Shown one piece after another: positions 22,178 through 35,459 of a stretch of 64,000 nt of DNA (the stretch's first letter is position 1; each line of letters opens with the position of its first letter). The position numbers and the translations under genes were made by a program. The notes under the pieces were generated by a model, which had not been told where the DNA came from, made no database searches, and saw only the letters and a list, made by a program, of their open reading frames with translations. The DNA comes from Tubulanus polymorphus. Lineage: Eukaryota; Animalia; Nemertea. The stretch lies in assembly GCF_964204645.1 (NCBI RefSeq), contig NC_134034.1:7290914-7354913 (forward strand), read 5' to 3'.

Positions 22178-22945
22178 TTACTCTTTACATCTTATAACTA
22201 ATTCATAAATTACAGGAAAGTTATTCAAATCAATTAAATAACCATTATGATTTCTTATTTCTAATTTAAAATTATTAAATTGAAGAATGCAAGGTTTAAA
22301 ATCACATTCTCTTAAATTATAATTTATTTGAGTTCCAAATTGTTTAACATTTTTCAGCGGTAAAATATTTAATATACTAGAATTACAAATTGTATCTTTA
22401 GTTGCTTCAAATGTTTTTGTTGGGTCATTTAAATTGCAATAAATATAAAAATGCGTAAAAGGTATTATATTTGTATAAGTTTCGATACTTGAATAATGTC
22501 TATCCGGAAGAATTCCAAACAGTTTAGCTAAAGGTTTTCTTACTAGAAATCTATGTTGTTCATTAGTTAACTTTATTCTTATTTTATTCGAACTATCATT
22601 TTTGATGAATTTAATTTCAAATCGAGCAGCTGAGCCCATTTTTAAACGAGCTCTTTTATTAATTTCTTGCGCTAATGTTTCTAAATTGTATAATCCTGGT
22701 TTTAGATAAAGATGAAACCATTTATTCAAATTTCTAACATAAATTTTAAAAGCTAAATGATCAAGACTTTTATTCGATATATTATGAAAAGAATTACATA
22801 AAGAATTACATAAACTTATATTTACTAATGTTAAATCTACACAATTCTTAAATTCTCTATCTAATTGTACTAGTAAATTATGAGATTTATAATTTGTAAG
22901 CCTTCTTGAATCAACAAATATTCTGTATTCTTTTAATTCCGCCAT
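22178..22945 (-). CDS. Putative minor capsid (penton) protein
   Basis: IFVDSR, NSFHNIS, PGLYN, YIYCNL, LEIRN..G..IDLNN motif pattern typical of single jelly-roll pentons of Polintons/virophages. Confidence 0.7.
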   Translation of the reverse strand: MAELKEYRIFVDSRRLTNYKSHNLLVQLDREFKNCVDLTLVNISLCNSLCNSFHNISNKSLDHLAFKIYVRNLNKWFHLYLKPGLYNLETLAQEINKRARLKMGSAARFEIKFIKNDSSNKIRIKLTNEQHRFLVRKPLAKLFGILPDRHYSSIETYTNIIPFTHFYIYCNLNDPTKTFEATKDTICNSSILNILPLKNVKQFGTQINYNLRECDFKPCILQFNNFKLEIRNHNGYLIDLNNFPVIYELVIRCKE

Positions 22946-22962
22946 TTATTTTACATATTTTC

Positions 22963-23316
22963 TTATTCGAAATCTATTTCATGGTGCCCTTTTTCATTCT
23001 TACCTTTGTATACGAAATAGAAATCTCCAGAACATAATTCTTCTAAATCTTCACTTGATAATCTATGAAATCTATCTGGTAAATATGTTCTAAATTTATA
23101 TGTATTTCCTTTTAATCCTTCATATTCTAAGTGTATAACTAATTTATCTCCATATTTGTTAGTAACTGTATCAATATTTGTAATTAGATATCTCTTATGG
23201 ATTGTTAATTCTGTTAACTTTTTGAATTTATAATCTACAGATTTTACATTTGTGATATCTTTTATTCTATCTAGAAATAATTTGTTGTTCTCACTGTGCG
23301 CTTGTTTACTCTCCAT
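22963..23316 (-). CDS. Small putative OB-fold/ssDNA-binding protein
   Basis: NKYGDKLV...YLPDRF motif directly downstream of PolB; homologs at 44411 and 56537; function inferred. Confidence 0.55.
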   Translation of the reverse strand: MESKQAHSENNKLFLDRIKDITNVKSVDYKFKKLTELTIHKRYLITNIDTVTNKYGDKLVIHLEYEGLKGNTYKFRTYLPDRFHRLSSEDLEELCSGDFYFVYKGKNEKGHHEIDFE

Positions 23317-24293
23317 TTATAATACATATTTTTATTAGAATTTGATTAACACGTTAGAATTCTTTTCATTATCTCGTTCTCTTTTGTTTCTTCTCTTTTA
23401 AATTTTAAGTATTCATCTAAATTACAACCATAAGCAACTGTATGAATTCCATCATCTAAAATATATCTTTTATCATCAAATGGGTTTTGAATTATCTTTT
23501 CAATTTCTTCAATAAACATTTCATGATCTTCAGATCTTAAACATTTCATCTTATGTTTTCTAACTTCTTCATTGAATATACAATTGATGTAATCTTTGAA
23601 ATGAATATTCTTTTCTACTACACTTTTGGTTATTCCTTTTAACTTTTTAGCTTCATGTTCTTTAGTTTTATATGAATACATTTTAGATCTAATACCTATG
23701 AACTCTATCATTTCTTCACCACCTAATTCATCCTTAAACTTCCCTGGAAGTTTTTTATTATCATTGCTAAACAATTCATGATTTTTAGGATAATTACTAA
23801 AATCAAAATGATGTTTTAATGCTTTTAAATCATCAGTTATGTTATCAGTTTTTATCTTTAATATGTAAGAATCTATATCAAAATATAATATTTCTATATG
23901 TTTTTCTCCAAAAAGTGGTTGTAATATATTATAATAGAATTCATACATTAGTAATTTTGATAATTCTAAAACTGAAGCGCCAACATAGATTGGTTTATTA
24001 AATTTCATTGATGTTCTTCTCATTTTAACTGCAGCTAAATTTTCATCAAATATTCTGTTACCAATGAACTTTAGGATATGTTTGTAAATGTCTAATTCTT
24101 TTACCATTACTAACTAACTCAATATCATTTCTATTTCTAATATTTTCACAAGTCTTACCATAGAATGCATTATTCATTAACTTGAAGAAATCTTTCTCAA
24201 AATCAGTTTTAGCTTCAGTTCTCTGTTTGGTGTTAAAATCTATATATTTTTCTAACCACTTAGATTGACTAAATGAAATATATCTATGTACTT

Positions 24294-26531
24294 TTTAGGC
24301 CAGCCGTAGGCTGAGCCTATTACTATACAAATGGAGCGAATTTAAATGACATGGTTTCCACACAAAAGGCTCTTTTGCTTGCCAAGTGAGGGCATATTCG
24401 AACAAATCACGTATTTAAGCGTAATCCATTCTCGGAATCGTAGCGAGCAGAATTTTGAAATAGGGTCTCATAAAAATGTTTTCTGCATTTTTCACGAAAG
24501 TTAAATCGGGAAAATTTCAATTTTTATCAGCCAATCAGGAAGTTGTGTCTTCCCTGTGATTGGTTTATCTGAAAATATCAGCAGCTGTTCACGTGAATTA
24601 TCGCGATTTCATTACTGGCGCTTTTGCGCATGACGTCATGTATCAACACGCGACAATACTTCCGCGTTCGCTACGTGTTCGCTGATTGGCCCATTTACTG
24701 GGAAATTCCACAGAAGCCTAATGTGGTTTGTTACAAGCGCTGTGATTGGCCCGACCCGATTCTGGCATGGCTTTAGCTTAGTGGGTTCGAATCCCTTGAC
24801 GGGTGAAGATGATGGATCCTATCAATATCTATTGAAACAAATAAGTTTCCCGGTTGGGCAGCCGCGGATATCTACCGGAAGTGTTCCGGTTCGATATTTC
24901 GAGGTTTCTTTGAATTTTGGAGTGATATTGAAATCCGGTAAATACCAGCGGTAGATTGTGAAAACCCATTGCATGATATTTGTATTACTTAATCAACGAA
25001 AAGCGTCGGGGCCGCGCCAGGAGTTTTCGTGATTCAAGTAGCGCAATAGCCTACTTCTTCGTGTTCGTCCACCTCAATTTTTACTCCGCCGATCTCTGAC
25101 ACGGCTCTGTCCCCGTCGGCGCTGTGATTGCACTTTCGTACCACCAAAATTTTTTATTTCTATATCAGGGAGGTCTGGAGAATAAAAAAGTCAAAATTTG
25201 GATATCACATAGGCCTGATTTCATCGAATAAGTCGACCATGGTCGTTACGTTTCCGTACTTATTACCACCTAAAACCGTCTGAACAATTTTGTCACAACC
25301 AACATTTCGTTTACAGAAATCAGGTGTTCACGTGAATCCGCGATATCGTCTACTGTTTTACTTCCGGGTTTTATTTTAAGGTTTAAAATTGTATTTCAAG
25401 ATCGATTTCTATGAAATCTTTAGTTGATTTGGTGTTTGGGAGGAATTTTTATTTGCTCTACAGAAAATTCATCCTTGACAATTGCGCAAGGTTCGCGAAA
25501 AAAAGGTTTTACCAAATCGGGTGTATGACCTTGATATGCTAATTAGCCATGTGCCCGAATTGCAAATTCAATCAAATTTTATTCTGCCAAAAAATGTTAA
25601 ATACAATTCGCTTTCCGAGAGTTAATGGTATGGTGATGGAACAAAGTTGTTTTGAGATGGGTCTTGAAGCTATTGAGGTCGAGAGATAACCATCTAGATA
25701 GTTCGTGTTAGTTCCAAAGTTTTGAAGACGCTTCAAGGTAATGTCTTGATATTTGTTTTATACGTGTATCTACCCTAGACACATCTTCAGGCCAAAAACT
25801 GGCCCTGTCAGATTCAAGATGGCCGACTGGCAGCCATTGTTGTTCGCCAAAATCAGCACTTTTTACACATTTTTGAAGTTTTCGAGGGAAATTTTGAAGA
25901 CACTTTTATCAATAACCTTGATCATTCGTATATATTTGTAGCCCCCAAGGGCCCATCGGCATGAGAAAAATTGAGTCGATCGGACTCAAGATGGCCGTAC
26001 TGTGACCTTTTTTGTTCCCAAAAATGTCAATTTTGGCCTGAATTCTGAGTACTGTAGCTTTCTAATGGTGCGCCATGTTTCATTGCAATTTGTAATGGGT
26101 ATTCTTTGGAAAGGGATCTTTTATATCCGAGAGGGTATTTTTGACCAGGCAATTATGACGCACTTGGCAGCCATCTTGGGGTCATCAGTACTCATTCGTA
26201 GGTGGAAAAAAAGTTTTTCCACATCATAATTGATACTTAAGCATATTTTGCTACTATAATCAATTGGAAAGTTGTAGCTCATGACATGTTCTATGATCGA
26301 GGTGAGTTTCAAGCTCATTGGTTTTTTTATGGCCACCAGGGGGCGTTGAACAATACAATAACTTAGTATTTCTATATTACATTCGTTCCTGCTGTCTGTG
26401 TTAACACACGATTTTACTATGTAAATGATATTGAGCAGGGAGTGTATATTGATAAATATAACCCACAGATTACATCATTTATAAAAAGCAAATCTGACAG
26501 GCTGGCCATTGTGCCCCTTGGGGCTCTTGTT
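24294..26531 (+). mobile_element. Helentron-associated non-autonomous element (HINE/DINE-like)
   Basis: Inserted in a T-run within PolB (GMILK|KVHRY); subterminal IR GGCCAGCC/GGCTGGCC; 3' hairpin GCCCC-tt-GGGGC followed by TCTTGTT. Confidence 0.78.
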
Positions 26532-29500
26532 TTAGGATCATTCCTTGTTTTAGATAAAACTTTAACATTCTATAGTGTACAACATAATTATATTTATCTT
26601 GTTGAGTTACCATTAACTTTTCTGTACGAATATGATTTTCGGGTTTAATTCTTTTTTGATACTTTGATAATTCTTCATGAGTTACATTTTTATGTTCGGG
26701 ACAGTAAGCTAGATTTCTGGATTTAAATTTAATATGTTCAGGATATTCTAAATCTACAACAAAGAAGTAACCAGTATCTGAATCATCTGCAATATCTAGG
26801 ATTCTTTTCTTCCAATCAAATTTATCATTATTTTCATTCTGTAAAACTTCAGTTAATTCAAATACTCCATAAGGTTGTGATTCCATCATTGCCCAACCAT
26901 ACAAATTATTTGCATCTATATATAATAATTTATATCCAGGGTTATCATTTACATTGAAATATCTATCACCTAATACACCTGAAACTCCTCCTCTTATAGA
27001 TTTTTCAAATAAAAATAATTGATCTATATTTGTTAACAAATCCATTTTTATATCTGTAAATTTTAATCCACAATCCCATGTTAAACCTGGTGATGAATAA
27101 CAATGACATGGATCAATATTGAAATATTTTAGGTTTACATCTCTAAACCTTTCAAATATATCGGTTAATAATAATACATCTGATTTTAGATATAAATCTA
27201 CTAATTGCCCATGATTTTCTATTTTGAAATGATTCCAAATATTCAATGTTCTATTATATACTTCATCTTTAACATATTCATTTTTTAATTCATCATAGAA
27301 TTGTTCTTTCAATAATTCAGTTATATTGAAATCATTATGTGATTTATAAAATGAATATGGAATTGCGCCTTTATATCTCATTAATTGAAAATCATCATTA
27401 TTTGGGTAGTGTTGCTTTAATATTTTCAATTCATCATCAACTAATGATTTTGATAAGTTATCTAATGAACTATTTAAAAATCTATATGAATCTATAAATC
27501 TTAGGCATCCAAATTGGAAAGATATATAATTCGCAGATGTTTTAGCTAACATTCTAAATTTATAAGTTGGTATTTTATCTTTTGATCTATTTGAATTTAA
27601 TCTTTCTATTTCATTATTAATTCTTCTATTTTATGGCATAACTGTTTGATAAATAAATGTGCATCATATCCTGATAGATTATGAAATATAACTGGTACAA
27701 AATTAATTTTCTTAGCTTGTAAGTTACAATTCTCATGTGCAGCGCCTCTCAACTTTCCGTTCAAATGATCATGGTCTCTTACTTTTTTATCTTTAAAATT
27801 AAATATCTTTTCACAATAATAACATTTATCTGCAAACGCAAATTCTTCTTTATCTTTTTCTGTCATTATAATTTCTATATTTGTATTCAATAATTTACTA
27901 AATCTTATTTCATATTCAATTAATAAGTCACAAAAATGATTAATAACATTTTCATTTCTGTAATGATAATATTCACTTTCAATTAGTTCTGGATTATCAG
28001 ATTTAATATATAACCCGAAAGCTGCAGCTGATTGATGAATCTTTTTAATAGTATTTGTTTTTGGTGGTTCATCTGAATAATCATTTTCATTAGAATTTAA
28101 TTTCTTTCTTTTATAATATATTTCTTTTCTATCTTGATCAGTTAATTCTTTATTTAATGATTCAAAATCTGAATAATCATTTTCATTAGAATTTAATTTC
28201 TTTCTTTTATAATATATTTCTTTTCTATCTTGATCAGTTAATTCTTTATTTAATGAATCATAATCTTTTGATAGATATAAAGGTTCTAATGTATAATGTT
28301 TTATATTGTTACCTTTTGTATTTGGTAATTTGATTAAATCAAATACATTTATCTTTATATTATTATCTCTTTCTATTTTTGGGATGTTTTTAATTCTAAC
28401 AGGATACTTATCTATCTTATAATTATTTTCAAATGGTTTATAATGAGTTAATCTAAAACTATGTGTAATATCTTCTGTTGGATGTAAGCAACTTATAATT
28501 GTCCACAGAAAACATTTATCATCTTCATTTTGTACATTAATAACAGCATTAGTTGTAAATGGTAGTTTAATATAACTCGATGCTTCAATATCTGGTTCTT
28601 TATAATATGATACATTATTTTCATCTATTGGTTTTGATTTAGTTAACTTATTATATTTTGTGTTATAAACATGTAAAGTCATAAATATTATTTCATCAAA
28701 TATTAAACCAGATCCTTCAAAATATTTCTCTTCTATTTTAGTTTTTACTTCATTATAACATTTATCTAATTTATCATCTATATGTTGTTTAGATATAATA
28801 TGTTGTGAATGAGAATTTATATTATATATTGGTTTATCTTCAGATTTTATAAACTTAACTTTAGAAGATATACTTATTTTAGGATATTCAACATCAGTTA
28901 TTATTTTTATAATATTTTTCATATTTTCTAAATGTTTTTTATTTTCTTCTAATGTTTTTCCTTTATGCAATTTAAACTCGATAGCTGCTGGACCAATATC
29001 ACTTTTAAATGCTTCGGTTATCTCTATATCTTTTTTATTATCTAATGAATTAATATAATTTCTTACATCTTCCATGTATGGCCTTTTATTGTTTAATTTA
29101 TTTTTTATGCTTTTAATTGTCTTCTGTTTCTTATCATTATCTTTATCAAAATAATCTTCACCTAAAATAACATTATTCATATTTCTAATATGACTTTTAG
29201 ATTTTAAATGTTCTTTATAATATCTTTTATCACTGAATGATTGATTACATGTATCACATTTGTATGTTTCTTTTTCATTCTTTAATTCATCTAATTTAGT
29301 TTCTAATATATCATCTTTATATTCTAGTTTCAATTTATTCTCTAAATGTGTTTTACTTTTATTGTGTCTTGCTTTTTGGGATTTATCTATATTGATATTA
29401 CCATGTTGGGCAGTAGTACTTATTTGTTTCCATTTTAATATCAAATTTTTTTTTAAATTGATTTTTAGAAGTTCAATGATATATAGGCTCAAATAGAATC

Positions 29501-29557
29501 ATGTTCTAGTATAAACAGCTATGCATTATTTCAATCACACTTTAATAATATTTTAAG

Positions 29558-29775
29558 AGTAATAGGGGTAATGGGCTTTCATATCAAAGGTTGAATGGTC
29601 GAGTTCATTAAAAACATATATTAAAAGTAATTCAAAACTATAATATATTTTCATAACCGTGTGTATTTCAGTTGAATATTATTATTATTTGAATATATTT
29701 GATTATATGAATTTGTGTATTGTAAATAAATCAATTGGTCGCGGAGCGGAGCGGTAGCGAAGTGGAGCGACCAAT
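29558..29775. repeat. Internal copy of terminal palindrome half (marks tandem duplication of right end)
   Basis: Reverse complement of ~9570-9796, sitting between two PolB N-terminal copies. Confidence 0.85.
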
Positions 29776-31463
29776 ATAACCCGAAAGCTGCAGCTGATTG
29801 ATGAATCTTTTTAATAGTATTTGTTTTTGGTGGTTCATCTGAATAATCATTTTCATTAGAATTTAATTTCTTTCTTTTATAATATATTTCTTTTCTATCT
29901 TGATCAGTTAATTCTTTATTTAATGATTCAAAATCTCCATATATAACAAATGGAACTTTATTTTTGTAATCATATTTTTTGAATTCTAATATTTTATCTT
30001 TTTCATTTGGTAAAACTAATTTACAATAATCATGATTTTCACATAAATGTTTATGATTAAATAATGTACTTTCATTACTGAATCTATGTAAACATTTTCT
30101 TCAAAGATATATTTTATGGTGATCATTTTCTGATTTAAAAAATAAATCTATTTGTTTAATCCACATATAATGATTTTCATAATATAGTATATCTATAACA
30201 TCGTTTGAATCATAATCTTTTGATAGATATAAAGGTTCTAATGTATAATGTTTTATATTGTTACCTTTTGTATTTGGTAATTTGATTAAATCAAATACAT
30301 TTATCTTTATATTATTATCTCTTTCTATTTTTGGGATGTTTTTAATTCTAACAGGATACTTATCTATCTTATAATTATTTTCAAATGGTTTATAATGAGT
30401 TAATCTAAAACTATGTGTAATATCTTCTGTTGGATGTAAGCAACTTATAATTGTCCACAGAAAACATTTATCATCTTCATTTTGTACATTTATAACAGCA
30501 TTAGTTGTAAATGGTAGTTTAATATAACTCGATGCTTCAATATCTGGTTCTTTATAATATGATACATTATTTTCATCTATTGGTTTTGATTTAGTTAACT
30601 TATTATATTTTGTGTTATAAACATGTAAAGTCATAAATATTATTTCATCAAATATTAAACCAGATCCTTCAAAATATTTCTCTTCTATTTTAGTTTTTAC
30701 TTCATTATAACATTTATCTAATTTATCATCTATATGTTGTTTAGATATAATATGTTGTGAATGAGAATTTATATTATATATTGGTTTATCTTCAGATTTT
30801 ATAAACTTAACTTTAGAAGATATACTTATTTTAGGATATTCAACATCAGTTATTATTTTTATAATATTTTTCATATTTTCTAAATGTTTTTTATTTTCTT
30901 CTAATGTTTTTCCTTTATGAAATTTAAACTCAATAGCTGCTGGGCCAATATCACTTTTAAATGCTTCGGTTATCTCTATATCTTTTTTATTATCTAATGA
31001 ATTAATATATTTTCTTACATCTTCCATGTATGGTCTTTTATTGTTTGATTTATTTTTTATGCTTTTAATTGTCTTCTGTTTCTTATCATTATCTTTATCA
31101 AAATAATCTTCACCTAAAATATCATTATTCTTATTTCTAATATGACTTTTAGATTTTAAATGTTCTTTATAATATCTTTTAAAACTGAATGATTGATTAC
31201 ATGTATCACATTTGTATGTTTCTTTTTCATTCTTTAATTCATCTAATTTAGTTTCTAATATATCATCTTTATATTCTAGTTTCAATTTATTCTCTAAATG
31301 TGTTTTCGTTTTATTGTGTCTTGCTTTTTGGGATTTATCTATATTGATATTACATGTTGGGCAGTAGTACTTATTTGCTTCCATTTTAATACTAAATTTT
31401 TTATTAAAATTGATTTTAGAAGTTATTCATTTATATTTTATTCATATATATGAATATTTTAAG

Positions 31464-31638
31464 AGTAATAGGGAATATCTTGTTTCATATCAAAGGTTCG
31501 CACACTCGAATTTATTTTTCATTTTATATGAGTTTCACTCCTAATTCAAATAGAAATTATTATTATTTTCATATTTTTCATTTTTTAATGAGCTCGACCT
31601 TTCGACCTTTGGTATGAAACAAGATATTCCCTATTACT
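31464..31638. repeat. Right terminal palindrome of family A
   Basis: AGTAATAGGGAATATCTTGTTTCATA...TATGAAACAAGATATTCCCTATTACT. Confidence 0.85.
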
Positions 31639-34203
31639 CACCAGTCAGCCCCGGTAGCTCGATAGGGATGGAATTTAGCTGGGGATTTCAAACCTTGAGA
31701 GAGAGCACGGGAGTTCTTAATCTGGATACCAGGGCGATGTACGGGTTCCCGGGTTGTTTGGGATTCAAGAACTCAGGCAGGGGTGTCAAACAGCCGAGGC
31801 GTACACTAGAGGGCCGGGATTTCCGGCTGCGGAGTTTTTTTTTAGAATTTTGATTTCTAATGCAGAAAAGCCGGCGATCTAGCGGGCGGTTAACATAGTT
31901 ATTTTTTCTGCAGGCAGTGAGTAACCGGAACTCCGGCTCCTGAACACCAGGCCGTTTTCAGACCAAAGGAAGACAAGAAATAGCATAATATTATGAACTT
32001 GAACAGTTTGATATCTTTTGAAAATCTTTTGATTTGAAAAACTTTGTCGCCTGCGGGAGAGGAACGGCCGGCGCGCCTAGGCCAGGGTGTTCACAGTATG
32101 GCCTAATATCGTTGTGTCCGGTCCAGGTGTCCATTATCCAAAAGAAATATATTTCTGGTTTGAATAAAATGTTGACTATGTTGGTTTCATATAATTGACG
32201 ATGACTGTACGAGTCACCGTATTAAACGATTTATATGCAGTAAATATTGAAAAAACATACACTGCGGTGGCGCTAGCGGACGGACACCCGTACTGTAAAT
32301 AAGTCGTATCTCGCATGTCATATGTCGTATCTCGTATGTTGCATCTCATATCTCGTATGTTATATCTCATATCTCGTATGTCGTCTGAGGTCTTCCATAA
32401 TATTCCGATATATATTTGCGTTCATGTTTGTCCGATGAAGCTTATTCTTGTATATCGACCTCCGCCGATAACTACACAATTGCCGTTGATCTACTGAAGT
32501 CACGATTTGGGGAAACTTCGCGCTTAATATCAGCCTATATGAAAGCTCTATTAGAGTTAACCGAGCCATCTAATACCGCAGCTAGCATTCGAGCATTCTA
32601 CGATAAGCTTATTTTATATGTCCGATTGCTCGAAGGTCTTGGAAAAACTCCAGACAGTTATGGTGAATTATTGATTCTGGTCTTGCTTGAACGGTTGCCA
32701 GTCACATTAGTACAAAATATGACCCGGGGTCGGAATTCGACTATTTGGTCATTCCCGAATTTATTAATATGCTTAAAGAATGAATTGGATATACTTGAAT
32801 TATGTAACAAAACCTCTGTAAAGCCTGATTTTGAAGCCTCTGTGTTTATTGCATCAGGGCAGGTGGATAAATATCCGTTTTCTTCTCGAAATTGTGTATA
32901 TTGTGGAGCGAAACACTCATCTATAAATTGAATAAAATATGATGTAGAAGCCAAGGTGAAATTTATACGAGAAAATCGTCTTCGTTTCAACTGTTTACTT
33001 ACAGGACATATATCCCTTAACTGTAAATCAGAAACTAGGTGCAAATTTTGTAGGAAAAAGCATCATAGCAGTATTTGTGTTTCTAATAATTCTAATTCGG
33101 TAGGCTCGAACGATCATAAACATACTCAAAATTTGCAACTGGGTTCACCGGCGCGTAGCCAGAATCATAAAGGCCACAATAGTTCTCTACATAAAGTTGG
33201 TCCTCAACGAAATAATGTTTATTCAACGCCAAAGGTTGACAGATCGACTCAATGTTCTCAGCGTTTTAATAATTGTGTTCTTTTAAAAACGGCTGTTATT
33301 CATGTTTTTAGCAAAGATTATTCAACTGAAATTGGCGCTTTATTTGTCGACGGTTCTCAGAGGACGTTTGTCAATAGATCTTTGGTTGATTTTTTAGGCT
33401 TGAAACCCATTCGAGCTGATCAGATAAATATTACTGGTTTTGGTGGTGTCAATTCAAATCCACAAATCCGTTGTCTGGACGTCGTCAGTTTAAAGGTCAA
33501 GTGTACCGATCAATCCATAATAAACATTGAAGCTTTAGTGGTGCCACAAATAGCACAACCTATTAATCTTGGTGATAGAACCATACTTAAAGATTACAAT
33601 TATCTACAAGGTTTAATCTTAGCTCATCCTATTGATGATGATGAGACATTTTCAATTGATTTATTGATAGGTTGTGATTTTTATTACGATTTTGTTATGG
33701 AGTATCAGATCCGCCCGGATAATAAGCTATGGTCCTATTGCGTTAGAGTCCAAGGTTGGGTATTTTGTTAGTGGCCCTGTGGCGGATTTTTCTCAAACTA
33801 GCATTTCTTCATTTCTCAGTACGTTAACAACGCTAGATGACACTGAGGCGACCCAGTACCATGATTTTTGGACTCTTGAATCCCTAGGCATACAGCATCC
33901 CGATGACTCACCTGAAACCTCGGCAGTTTATGATTATTGCGAGGACCTTTTGACTTATGACGCTGATCGAAAAAAATACATAGCCAGATGACGGATACTA
34001 TGACAAGAGTAAGACAAGGAGTTTGGATTCCCAAATTAAGACAGTTAACTAAGAAAGTACTCAGTAAGTGTATAACCTGTAAGAGAGACCAGGGTAAACC
34101 TTACTTATATCCTGACCCTCCTCCGTTACAAACCTATAGGGTTTAAGATGCTCCACCTTTTTCGGTTACGGGAGTTGACTACACGGGAGTTATCTATTGT
34201 AAA

Positions 34204-35190
34204 ATGAATACTGTATCGTACATTTGTTTGTTTACGTGCGCTTTGACGCGTCGCATTCATTTAGAGGTTACACCTGATTTATCAACACACTCGTTTATGT
34301 TGGCTTTTAGAAAATTTTGTAGCCGTCGATCAGTCCCTAGTCTTATGTTATCTGATAATGCCACAACATTTGAGTGTAGTGCTAGTATTTTAAAGAAATT
34401 ATGTCAAAGTGATGATATTGTGAATTACTTATCAGCTAAATCATGTGAGTGGCGTTTTATACCGAAAAGAGCCCCTTGGTTTGGCTGTCTATGCGAACGT
34501 TTAATCGGCATGACAAAACGCTTATTTAAAAAAATGTTGAACCGAAATAAATTAGATCGTGATGAATTAACCGCTTTGGTCGTCGAAATCGAAGCCATTA
34601 TGAATGATAGACCTTTAACGTATGTTCCAAGCGAGATAAATGAACCCAATCCAATTACTCCGTCTCAGTTGTTCCAGGGAAGACGCATATCCACGGTACC
34701 GTATCCGATTGTAGATGTTGAGGATATACGAGATGCAGATTTCAACGAAGATATTACGCGATCAAGGGCTAAACACCGTCAACACTTCGTTAAAAGGTGG
34801 CAACAGGAGTGCTTGACCGCTTTGCGCGAATCTCACGCACGGTCAGGAACTAGAGAAATTTCAGTGAAAATCGGGGACGTAGTTCTGATTCATAACGATG
34901 GACCGCGAATCGCGTGGAAACTTGCGACAGTAACTAAACTTAATTTCGGTGCCGATAACATCGTTCGTTCTGTACAACTTAAAATGGCTACAGGGGTCAC
35001 CAACAGACCTCTCATAAAATCATATCCGTTGGAGATCCGTGCCGACCGATCGTTTAATTTAGAAAACCGTTCGGAGGATGACGATAGTGTACGTGAGGAA
35101 CGTTCGCCGCGCCCGCAGCGCCGTGCTGCCGAAATAGCACGTCAGAGGATCAGACAAACCGCGGAGCACCGTGAAAGCGAAAGCGATTAG
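34204..35190 (+). CDS. BEL/Pao integrase core and C-terminal domain
   Basis: CLFTCALTRRIHLE, SDNATTF, EAIMNDRPL, IGDVVLI. Confidence 0.88.
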   Translation: MNTVSYICLFTCALTRRIHLEVTPDLSTHSFMLAFRKFCSRRSVPSLMLSDNATTFECSASILKKLCQSDDIVNYLSAKSCEWRFIPKRAPWFGCLCERLIGMTKRLFKKMLNRNKLDRDELTALVVEIEAIMNDRPLTYVPSEINEPNPITPSQLFQGRRISTVPYPIVDVEDIRDADFNEDITRSRAKHRQHFVKRWQQECLTALRESHARSGTREISVKIGDVVLIHNDGPRIAWKLATVTKLNFGADNIVRSVQLKMATGVTNRPLIKSYPLEIRADRSFNLENRSEDDDSVREERSPRPQRRAAEIARQRIRQTAEHRESESD

Positions 35191-35459
35191 TTGCGATTAT
35201 TGTGTCTTGTGTTATAAGTCAATCGTGGAGCCTTTTTAGGCACCACACATACCGCTGTTTTGGTTTATAATTTTGCGTATTTTCTGAAGTATTCTTGTAT
35301 TGAATTTGTGTATTAAATAATGTTGTGATTATTCGTTGTATTAATCGTATTATGTGATGTGTTAACGGATAAGATTTGGAATTTACTTATTGCTGGTTAA
35401 TTAATATTTAGTTATAATTGTTAGTTGATGTATGTAGATTACCTTAAGTGCCCGGAGTA

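Larger units (their letters stand above)
23346..31384 (-). pseudogene. Protein-primed DNA polymerase B (family A), intein-free, disrupted by insertion and duplication
   Basis: N-terminal Zn fingers, INVQN.DDKCF domain, EndoVII-like RDHDH..G..RGAAH..CN, FHNLSGYD exonuclease, YIDANNLYG, KLMNNAFYGKT, YFDIDS, KKLKGI. Confidence 0.95.
9391..31641. mobile_element. Polinton/Maverick-like endogenous virus, family A, near full length
   Basis: GTGAGTAATAGGG...CCCTATTACTCAC termini; inverted repeat extends into PolB start; integrase, ATPase, capsids, pPolB; AT-rich compact genes; no TSD seen. Confidence 0.92.

Noticed and set aside
24768-24796. tRNA gene (GGTTCGAATCCC B-box; also at ~8526)
   Set aside because: No cloverleaf; at most SINE-derived fragments within repeats
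24292-26536. TTTTAGG as a 7-bp TSD of the PolB insertion
   Set aside because: Better explained as a Helentron-type T-run insertion whose own 5' end begins TTAGG; a true duplication would not restore the PolB frame
9385-31647. TSD for family A
   Set aside because: Flanks do not match for either candidate terminus; the two ends may derive from recombined copies
32295-32365. TCGTATCTCGCATG-type short repeats and ORFs 32176-32569
   Set aside because: Low-complexity repeat of an unidentified non-autonomous element; ORFs are repeat artefacts
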